64,000 nt of DNA. Source: Malacoraja senta (taxonomy: Eukaryota). Below, piece after piece: positions 1 through 9,786 of this stretch (its first letter is position 1; each line of letters begins with the position of its first letter). The notes under the pieces were generated by a model. The model was not told the origin of the DNA. It was given only the letters and a program-made list of their open reading frames with translations, and did no database searches. A program made the translations under genes and the position numbers. Where the stretch lies: contig CM075996.1 in assembly GCA_038087875.1 (NCBI GenBank), positions 5,892,001-5,956,000 of the forward strand, given 5' to 3'.

Positions 1-237
1 ATTGTTAGCCTGTCCTTCGCTCTCGCCACTGAAGCCTGCCAACGCAGACAGGTCATGGCAGGTAAAAGGCACAGAACTAACATGCAAACTCACCAGCTTC
101 TGCTCACTGGCTTCTGGTAAACCGCCTTCCACTAACCGGCTTCTAGTAACTGGTTTCCCCCTGATTAACTTTTGTTAAACCGGTTTGTCCAATAACCAGC
201 TTTAGTTTCTGCTAACTAACCAATTTTTTGTTAACTG

Positions 238-431
238 TTAGTGTGTAAGAAGGAACTGCAGATGCTGGTTTACAGACACAAAAAGCTGGAGCAACTCAGC
301 GGGTCAGGCAGCATCTCTGGAGAAAAGGAACAGGTGATGTTTCGGGTCGAGACCCCCCAAAAGTCACCTATTCCTTCTCTCCAGAGATGCTGCCAGACCC
401 CGCTGAGTTACGCCAGCTTTTTGCGTCTATC
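238..431. mobile_element. Fold-back Penelope pseudo-LTR-derived insert
   Basis: 12-bp duplication TTTTGTTAACTG at 226-237 and 432-443. Confidence 0.7.
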
Positions 432-461
432 TTTTGTTAACTGGTGTCTTGTAATCAGCAT

Positions 462-646
462 TTAAGAAGGAACTGCAGATGCTGGAAAATCGAAGGTAGA
501 CAAAAGTGCTGGAGAAACTCAGCAGGTGCAGCAGCATCTATGGAGCGAAGGAAATAGGCGACGTTTCGGGCCGAAACGTCGCCTATTTCCTTCGCTCCAT
601 AGATGCTGCTGCACCCGCTGAGTTTCCCCAGCACTTTTGTCTACCT
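462..646. mobile_element. Fold-back Penelope pseudo-LTR-derived insert
   Basis: Palindromic about ~572; 15-bp duplication TCTTGTAATCAGCAT at 447-461 and 647-661. Confidence 0.75.
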
Positions 647-1267
647 TCTTGTAATCAGCATCTGTTAATTGGCATCTACGGTCTGGGTTTCCGCTCATTT
701 ATATCGCACCCACGTGTTTCTGGGCCGATACAACCCGTCACACCCACAGCCCACTGTGACAGAGCACATGGCAACACAAGCGACAAGCTCTTCGCTTCAG
801 CACGGTGAAAATGTAACCAGAAGCAATCTCTGGAAATCAGATCTGACACTTTTTGGAATGTGAGAGTGCCGTGTGTCTGGTTTAATTTACGGTGTTTACA
901 ATCAGCTTCTGCGATCCTTGTACTGCAAAGTGAACCCAAAGACAGCCTGTTCCCAGCGTTGGTTGATGAATGAATGAGGCCATAAAAGAGTCATCGGTTA
1001 ATATCCTTATCACACCAGAGAAGGGCACAAGCCCATCTTTGGCCATTGCCCCCGGAGAGTGCAGTTATGAACTGCTCTCCCTGTTCCAATCCATCGTGTT
1101 CATTAATAAAGGTGAATTATTGGCCCAAACGCTCTTCAATGATCAACATGTTGCTGATGTGGATTTTGGCAAGGCAGTCCCCAATTATTAATCACAAATA
1201 CATCACTGGGAAGTGAAGTCAACCTTGCCTGCATAACCACTTGCAGTGCAACCCACAAGGAGAGTTA

Positions 1268-1779
1268 AGGGCCTGTCCCACCAGCATGCGACTGCATGCG
1301 GCGAGCGACACCAAACGTGGTGGCTTGAGGCGCACGGCCTCGCGGGGCCGGTCCCACTTCCAACCGCGGAGCTGTCTGGAGCTGGTCCCGACATCATACT
1401 CACCCATCAGCTGGGCAGGAGGCGGGCCGACTGAATGACTTCATCACGCAACGGCACGCCGGGCGGTGACGTCATCGCGCAACGCCACGCGCTAGGCGTA
1501 CGCCGTCAAGACGCTGCGTACGGCGTCAAGGCAGTGCGTATTCCCGTCGGGACGCTGCGTACGGCCTCAATGCGGCTGCGGGCCGGCAGGCCGTTGCCAC
1601 GCGGAATTTTTGAACAGTGTCAGTTTTTCTGAGCCCCGCGCGATGTCGGGACCAGCTCCGCACAACTCCACGCGGCTCCGGCGATCGAAGTGGGACCGGC
1701 CCCGCGAGGCCGTACGGCTCAAGCGACCACGTTAGGTCGTGCTAGCCGCATGCAGTCGCATGCCCGTGGGACAGGCCCT
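1268..1779. mobile_element. PIF/Harbinger-type MITE, near-palindromic over its whole length
   Basis: TIR AGGGCCTGTCCCAC...GTGGGACAGGCCCT, TTA TSD (1265-1267 / 1780-1782), GC-rich fold-back. Confidence 0.85.
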
Positions 1780-1794
1780 TTAGACACAGGCTGA

Positions 1795-1796
<2 letters not shown>

Positions 1797-1826
<30 letters not shown>
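1797..1826 (+). repeat. (CA)n microsatellite
   Basis: Direct inspection. Confidence 0.95.
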
Positions 1827-1828
<2 letters not shown>

Positions 1829-2361
1829 GTCCTAGCAGGGGCAACTTTGACTAAAGGTCTCTCTGCACACTCCCTCATACACTCCCCAGAACTGCGCCAG
1901 TATGTGTGTGCTACAGAGACTATTATCTGACCTTGTAGCCTATACCCATTGTAACTTGAGTCCTACCCAGGGCCCCTGTTGAAGCAGACTTCAGCAGCTT
2001 TGGCCAGTGAATCTGAAAGTTCCCATTCTGTTCTTAAATCTCCATCTGGTTCACACCACACGTCAGGGAAAATAATTTGTGGAGAGAAGGAATGGGCGAC
2101 GTTTCGGGTCGAGACCCTTCTTCAGACTGATGTCAGGGGAGGGGGCGGGACAAAGATAGAAAGATCTGTGACTTCAGATCGCCCTTGCTTTCTCTCTCCA
2201 TCCCCTCCCCCTTCCCAGTTCTCCCACTGGTCTTACTGTCTCCGACTACATTCTATCTTTGTCCCTCCCCTGACATCAGTCTGAGGAAGGGTCTCGACCT
2301 GAAACATCGCCCATTCCTTCTCTCCAGAGATGCTGCCTCACCCGCTGAGTTACTCCAGCGT

Positions 2362-3339
2362 TTAGATACATAGATACATAGAAATTAGGTGCAGGAGTAG
2401 GCCATTCGGCCCTTCGAGCCTGCACCGCCATTCAATATGATCATGGCTGATCATCCAACTCAGTATCCTGTACCTGCCTTCTCTCCATACCCCCTGATCC
2501 CCTTAGCCACAAGGGCCACATCTAACTCCCTCTTAAATATAGCCAATGAACTGGCCTCAACTACCCTCTGTGGCAGAGAGTTCCAGAGATTCACCACTCT
2601 CTGTGTGAAAAAGTTTTTCCTCATCTCGGTCTTAAAGGATTTCCCCCTTATCCTTAAGCTGTGACCCCTTGTCCTGGACTTCCCCAACATCGGGAACAAT
2701 CTTCCTGCATCTAGCCTGTCCAACCCCATAAGAATTTTGTACATTTCTATAAGATCCCCTCTCAATCTCCTAAATTCTAGCGAGTATAAGCCAAGTCTAT
2801 CCAGTCTTTCTTCATATGAAAGTCCTGACATCCCAGGAATCAGTCTGGTGAACCTTCTCTGCACTCCCTCTATGGCTATAATGTCCTTCCTCAGATTTGG
2901 AGACCAAAACTGTACGCAATACTCCAGGTGTGGTCTCACCAAGACCCTGTACAACTGCAGTAGAACCTCCCTGCTCCTATACTCAAATCCTTTTGCTATG
3001 AAAGCTAACATACCATTCGCTTTCTTCACTGCCTGCTGCACCTGCATGCCTACTTTCAATGACTGGTGTACCATGACACCCAGGCCTCGCTGCATCTCCC
3101 CATTTCCTAATCGGCCACCATTTAGATAATAGTCTGCTTTCCTGTTTTTGCCACCAAAGTGGATAACCTCACTTTTATCCACATTATACTGCATCTGCCA
3201 AACATTTGCCCACTCACCCAGCCTACCCAAGTCACCTTGCAGTCTCCTAGCATCCTCCTCACAGCTAACACTGCCCCCCAGCTTAGTGTCATCCGCAAAC
3301 TTGGAGATGTTGCCTTCAATTCCCTCATCCAGTTCATTC
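2362..3339 (-). mobile_element. CR1/HER1-type LINE, 5' truncated (RT C-terminus + 3' UTR)
   Basis: ORF 2460-3341: ISKFADDTKLGG...WQMQYNVDK...[15 protein letters not shown]...FTQRVVNLWNSLP; tandem TAGATACA tail. Confidence 0.92.
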
Positions 3340-5179
3340 ATATTTTGTGTCTACCTTCGATTTAAACCAGCATCTGCAGTTCTTTCTTACACAAAGGGAA
3401 AATAATTTGCTGCCTTTACCTAATCTGGCCAACTTGTCCCTCGAGACACACGCAACAAGGTTGATTCTGAATGGGATCCAAATTGGCCAGCAAGTCACTA
3501 AAGATAGACACAAAATGCTGGAGTAACTCAGTGGGAGAGGCAGCATCTCTGGATGCTGGAGGGAATATGTTTCGGGTCGAGAGCCTTCTTCAGGCTGAGA
3601 GGCAAGGGAGAGGGAAACGAGAGGTAAGGAAGGGTAAGGTGTGAAAATGATAGATCAAAGGGGATGAAACTCAAGGAAAATATAGAATAGATCACGTAGA
3701 ATATATGTCGCTAAATATAGGATAGAATGTAAGAGAGGGTGATGATAGGATAAGTATAGAAGGAAGACAAAAGTGCTGGAGAAACTCAGTGGGTGCAGCA
3801 GCATCTATGGAGCGAAGGAAATAGGCAACGTTTCGGGCCGAAAACCCTTCTTCAGACAGAAGGAAAGCACTGGATGGGTCTGGAGGGGCGTGAATGGCAG
3901 CAGAACGATTAATGGTAAACCAGTTGGATTTGGTTAGGGAGGTGGTGCAGGGACGGTTCATGTCTTGCTGATTTCCTAATTTAATCCAACGTGAAGCATG
4001 TGCCTCTGGTTCCTTTCAGCTAAAACCTTAGCCGAGTTGGAGAAGTGGGACGAGGTGAAAACCAGTGAGAGGGTGAAGGACAGAAGACGGTCAGACGACG
4101 GCGACTCGGAGGTGAAGCTGCACAGAAACGTCTTTGTTTTGTCAGGACACAGAGTGGCAGCCAATGCAAACTCAGGGTATCGTCAAGAATTGGCCAATTC
4201 AAATTCAGGATAGGCGTCCCCTGTTTCGGAGCCAAATGACAACAGGGAAGGGAGCAACCAATGTTCAGGAAGACAAAGAACGTCCACCGACCCCAAGACT
4301 AATGTATGAGTGGGGGCAGGATCTCACCTTGGGAGAAGGGGACAACTCTGAACCGTCAGAGGCAGTGAATTGGTGTACAACAGGCAGATTGTTAAAGAAC
4401 CTCAGTCCCGTGGTGGTGCTAGGTTGCTGTCTTGGTCTGGAGCAACTGGTTGGAGAGGTCGTGGCAAGCAAGACAGCGAGTAGCCAGACTGTCCAAAAAT
4501 GGGGCCGTCTGTGAGATCTGTTAAGACCAACTCCCCTCACTCAATCTCCAAGGGACTCATTGAATCGCCAAGACCATGCCCCTCGTTGCTCACTGTTTGG
4601 TTTATCCACCCCATCTCAGTCAGAAGGTAACCACTGGAATATCTGGTAGGTAACCTCTGCCAGTGAAGGACTCCTGCCTTGGGGGGGGGGGGAGGCTGCA
4701 GAACAAAGACTGGAGGGATAGAAGCGACCTAGCTTGTCCTTAGAATCAAACATTTCACTGTTGCTTCTGATCAGTTTCCCACATCACACGTTGATGAAGG
4801 ATCAGCCCAGATTGATCTGACCATTGTTAGGTTTATGGTATTGGTCTCTGCATCTGGGGAGGGTCTTTAACTGCTCAGTTGCTGGGTTAAAATGTCGGAC
4901 ATCTATTTGACCACCCTAGAGATTCGTTCTCCCTCCCTGAACTCCCCGTCCAGTGACTCCCTACATATGGGGCTCATTACCTTTTAACCCCCCCCCCCCC
5001 CCGCCCTCCTCCTGCCTCACACTAGGTATCACTAACCCTTCACCTTGGACAGTTCAGAGATGTGCTGGAGGATCAGCCGTGATCCCCATAGACAAAAGTT
5101 CAGAACTAATCAGCTCTCAGCTGTAATATTTTAAAATCAATGTATTTCAATTAACATACAACTAAGTTCATAAAGAGTG

Positions 5180-5520
5180 TGCAACACCATGAGAGGAATA
5201 GATCGGGTAGACGCACAGAGTCTCTTGCCCAAAGTAAGAGACCAGAGGACATCGGTTTAAGGTGAAGGGGGAAAGATTTAATAAGAACCTGAGAGGTAAC
5301 TTTTTCACACAAAGGGTGGTTGGTGTATGGAGTGAGCTGCCGGAGGAGGTAGTTGAGGCTGGGACCATCGCAAACTTGAAGAAGCATTTGGACAGGTACA
5401 TGGATAGGATAGGTTTCGAGGGATATGGGCCAAACCCAGTCAGGTGAGAATAATATAGATGGGACATGTGGGTCGGTATGGGCAAGTTGGGCCGAAGGGC
5501 CTGTTTCTACACCGTATGAC
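5180..5520 (+). mobile_element. CR1 LINE 3' fragment
   Basis: ERFNKNLRGNFFTQRVVGVWSELPEEVVEAG plus 3' UTR GGGCCGAAGGGCCTGTTTC. Confidence 0.8.
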
Positions 5521-5983
5521 TGGAAAACAGTAGCATCTGTGGGAAGAGGGGAACCGTTCATGTTTCAGATTTAGTTCATAATTGTCACGTGTACCGAGGT
5601 ACAGTGAAAGGCTTTCTTGTTGCGTGCTATCCAGTCGGCCAAAAGACTACACATGATTACAGTCGAGCCGTCGACAGGGCAAAGTCCAGGTCAACGACTT
5701 TGTATTGGAACAGGGACATGTTTGAGTGTTAAAAGCAAGTCCGGAGATCGGGAGAAAAGGAGGTGAGAGAGGGTGAGAAGACTCGTGGTGGAGAGAGGCC
5801 AGGTGGGATTGAATGGGAGAAGGAAGAATGGTGCAAGGCAGGAGAGGGTGAAATTGGGATGAATAATAAAGCGAGTGGATGGGTCTGGGGCACGGTGGTT
5901 TGGAGTGGAAGAATCATGACCAGTATCTGTAACGTGAGAAACTAAAGTAAGGTCACAGGTTAAAATGGTTGAGTCAGTAATGG

Positions 5984-6388
5984 CAAAGATCCTAGAGCGG
6001 AGCAAGATAGACCACTCCTGCTAAACGCAATGGGCTGACGTGTAGTACGCAATGGAGTGGAACGTGGGCCTTTTTTTCATCCATTTCAGTAACCCGACCC
6101 GACTCGCAGTGTAATCAACGTTGCGGGGGGAACAGTTTGTGTTAATAAATTATAATTCTGAAAATGAGGAGAAGATTTTTACCAAATAACTTTTAATTTT
6201 ACGAGGATGTTTCCGTAACCGGCTTCCGTCTCCGCACTAGTTATCTTTGCTCCGCTGTGACGGGATCTTTGGTGCGGAGACGGAAGCCGGTTACGGAAAT
6301 GGGGCCTAAAATTACCCATGAATCTGCCCATGACCGTGCTACGTCTTTTTCGTTGAGCGATCTATCTTGCTCCGCTATAGGATATTTG
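5984..6388. mobile_element. MITE with CAAAG-type 28-bp TIRs and 7-bp TSD (P-element-like)
   Basis: CAAAGATCCTAGAGCGGAGCAAGATAGA / TCTATCTTGCTCCGCTATAGGATATTTG; GTAATGG duplicated at 5977-5983 and 6389-6395. Confidence 0.8.
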
Positions 6389-8270
6389 GTAATGGTGTGG
6401 TGCTCGCCGTCACCCAAACCCACCAAGTTACTACTTTCCGGAAGTTTCTGTTATGTTTGTACAGTTGGAGAATTGGGAATTGCATTCGCAGAAATCACAA
6501 CAGAAATCACCACTTCATATCTCCATTAGTTCCTGTCCATAATTGCCCCAGAGGAGTTGAGGGTATGAGCTGCTGGAGTGGTGTTGTGGAGGTAGCATTG
6601 TGCTGTTGGCAGGGAGTGCTCAGAGCCTTTGGCCATAATGGATCAGGGAGCAACTTCATATTTCCAGGTCAGGATGATGTGCTGTTGGGAGGGGATCCTG
6701 CAAGTGGCGGTGCACCCAGCAACTGCTGCCCCCTGCTACTTGTGGGTAGACGTTGCAGGTCTGACAGGGGTTGTCGAGAAGCTTTAGGCAGGGGTGGCAA
6801 CGTGCCTGCAGTGGTTCACATCTGTGGAAAAGCCTGGGTTGATGTTTTTCAGAAATGTCCTGCACCCGATTGAGTCCGTTAACACCGCCTACACTGGTTA
6901 CCCTTCAGAAGAAAAGACGCAATGTGCTGGAGTAACTCAGCGGGTCAGGCAGCATCTCTGGAGAACATGAATGGGTGACGTTTCAGGTTGGGATCCTTCC
7001 TCAGACTAATTGTGGCAATAAGTGTGTGAAAAGGAACTGCAGATGCTGGATTATACCGAAGATAGATACAAAGTGCTGGAGTAACTCAGCGGGTCAGGCA
7101 GCATCTCTGGAGGAAAAGAATGGGTGACGTTTCAGGTTGGGACCCTTCCTCCAGACTGATTATGGTAATATTGATCAGTGGTCCTGGGGTGGACTCCCTC
7201 ACCATTCCACTTTCAGTCTGAAGGATGCCGTACCGAAATGTCACGCATCCTTTCCCTCCAGAGATGCTGCCTGACCCGCTGAGTTACTCCAGCACTTTGT
7301 ATCTATCTTTGGATTTTGGCAATAAGTTGATTGGTAAGAGGGCTGATTGATAGATAGACAAGAAGGTGAGCGAATGGAGTTGAAATTGTCAGGGTTGAGT
7401 TGGGAGGAAATGTTTTTGGAAAGTTGGGTGCAATCCAATGGGAGAATGGGATGGCAATTTGCCAATGAGAGCGTTTCAAGGTTAGTTGGAAATCATGGAG
7501 GTGAATTGCAGGAAAAGGCCGACTAACTTCTCAGGAATGTTTCTACGGCTATTTGGGTTCAGTTCAACTGTTCTTTTGGGATAGAAATTTGGGATTTTGT
7601 TTGGGGCTGTGACTTAGCAGAATATTAATGCTTGAAAGGAAAATAATTTAAAGAGTTCCTGTTCTTTTGGATAAGTCTATCTTCCCATTAAAGAAAAAGA
7701 CACAAATTGCTGGGGTGAGTCAGCGGGTCAGGCAGCATCTCTGGGGAACATGGATGGGTGACGTTTCGGGTCGGGACCCATCCTCTGGCTGATTATGGTA
7801 ATATTGATCATTGGTCCTTAGGTGGACCCCTCACCATGGCTGAGCAATGGGGCAAGAGACATCCATCCACCTCTTGCTTACACAGCCGAGTGTGCAAGAG
7901 GCCTTTCCCCTCCCTCCAAACCCCCTCCCCCCCCCCACACAAGTGATCACCCTGCGAAATAAACACTCCTTGATTGCTGGAGCAGGTTGTGTGATCGGGG
8001 AGATGTAGCTTCTTCCAGGCTGAAGGAACCGGGGCCAATTTTGCTCCCGACCTTCTGATCATTCCTTCGGGTTAAGCACAACACCAAGCTGGAGAACGTG
8101 ATGCAAAGAATGGAATGATATGAAGATGTTTGACCAGAGATCAATGTAAGATCTACAGTATACAATGCATTAAAGAACCTTCTGCTTCATACGGACCATT
8201 TTTAATGCTTGCTATGTTGGGGCAGGTGGAAACTAGAACCATACTGGACATGCAAAACCTTTCCAGCATT

Positions 8271-8408
8271 CTTCTTCTTGCGTGTGGCGTGCACAGCCTA
8301 AAGTTGTAGGACAACTTGTTCTATTTGATCTTATTTGTTTGTGCACACCAGGTTGATTGCATTCGTCGAAACAGGGCGGACCACGTGAAGGTTGCAATCT
8401 CCCACCCC
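8271..8408 (-). mobile_element. Short SINE headed by an HDV/CPEB3-like ribozyme fold, (AAG)n tail; copy 1
   Basis: TSD TTTCCAGCATT (8260-8270) / TTTGCAGCATT (8409-8419); 5' 54 nt forms a nested double pseudoknot; second copy at 9650-9786. Confidence 0.85.
8355..8408 (-). ncRNA. Minimal HDV-like (CPEB3-type) self-cleaving ribozyme, predicted
   Basis: GGGGUGG-GA-GAUUGCA-ACC-UUCACGU-GGU-CCGCCCU-GU-UUCGA-CGAA-UGCAAUC: P1 with G1-U wobble, P2 7 bp, P3 3 bp, L3 UUCACGU, J4/2 CGAA. Confidence 0.8.
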
Positions 8409-8565
8409 TTTGCAGCATTGATATTAGACAATAGACAATAGGTGCAGGAGCAGGTACACAAAAATGCTGGAGAAACTCAGCGGGTGCAGCAGCATCTATG
8501 GAGCGAAGGAAATAGGCAACGTTTCGGGCCGAAACCCTTCGTCAGACTGCCAGCACCGCCATTCA

Positions 8566-8880
8566 ATCAATAGACAATAGACAACAGGTGCAGGAGTAGG
8601 CCATTTGGCCCTTCGAGCCAGCACCGCCATTCAATGTGATCATGGCTGATCATCCCCAATCAGTACCCCGTTCCTGCCTTCTCCCCATATCCCCTGACTC
8701 CGATATTTTTAAGAGCCCTATCCAGCTCTCTCTTGAAAGCATCCAGAGAAACTGCCTCCACCGCCCTCTGAGGCAGAGAACTCCACAGACTCACCACTCT
8801 CTGTGAGAAAAAGTGTTTCCTCGTCTCCGTTCTAAATGGCTTACCCCTTATTCTTTAAACTGTGTGGCCCCTGGTTCTGG
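8566..8880 (-). mobile_element. CR1 LINE 3' fragment
   Basis: Same family as 2362-3339; CAATAGA tandem tail. Confidence 0.8.
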
Positions 8881-9649
8881 ATATTACCTGACTGAATCCA
8901 GTGTGTCATTTATGCTCTACAAGTGTTTTTACTTAAACTATTTTATTTTATAACTTAGGTGTGGGGAAGGGGAACGGCATTGAAAAGGTGAAATGTATTG
9001 ACCATTCCTGATTGTCATATAAGATGATGATGGAGACACAAAGAACTGGAGTTGCTGGAATCTCGTGTAGAACACAGTGTTAGAGTAAGTCAGTGGGTCA
9101 TGGATGAATGGAGGAGATAGATGGGAGTTGTTTGGGGTCCCAACCCTAAACATCACCTATCCAATTGCTCCAGAGTTGCTGCCTGACCCACTGGGTTACT
9201 CCAACACTTGGTGTTCCAAGAAAATCATAGGTCTTCTTAGAGTCATGCAGCCATTAGACGGATTACACCCTCACGCTCTCGATTTCCCCAACATATTGAC
9301 CCAACACCAATGACGTGTAACTTGGAGAACTGATTGAAAATGACGGCAATCTTGAGGATTGTGTTACCGTTTTTAAGATCACCTTCACCCAAACGTTGGT
9401 GTTTGGAGAACCATTTTCAGGTCAAGGCAAAAGATTCCTTTGCACAATTCACTGGTGTAGGGAGGCCGGTGAGAATGTCCGGCAGCTTCATAGAAGGTGC
9501 GATGTTTGTCAATTCCAGCACACTTGGCAGAACGCATCTCAGTCAAGGGTCGAAGCCTGTTTCAACATTGAGTAACAATCGCACCTCTACAACAGCTGCA
9601 AATGGGAAGTCAGGTCTTCTACAAAGGAGATGACACAAAATGCTGGAGT

Positions 9650-9786
9650 CTTCATCGTCTTGCGTATGGTGTGCACAGCCTAAAGTTGTAGGTCAACTTG
9701 TTCTATTTGAACTATTTGTTTGTGCACGGTTTGTTTGCATTAGTCGAAACAGGGTGGACCATGAGAAGGTTGCAATCTCCCACCCC
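9650..9786 (-). mobile_element. Ribozyme-headed SINE, copy 2, inserted into a Penelope-derived repeat
   Basis: Perfect 11-bp TSD AATGCTGGAGT (9639-9649 / 9787-9797); homologous to 8271-8408. Confidence 0.85.
9733..9786 (-). ncRNA. Minimal HDV-like ribozyme, predicted, copy 2
   Basis: GGGGUGG-GA-GAUUGCA-ACC-UUCUCAU-GGU-CCACCCU-GU-UUCGA-CUAA-UGCAAAC; P1 U-G becomes U-A, catalytic C retained. Confidence 0.7.
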
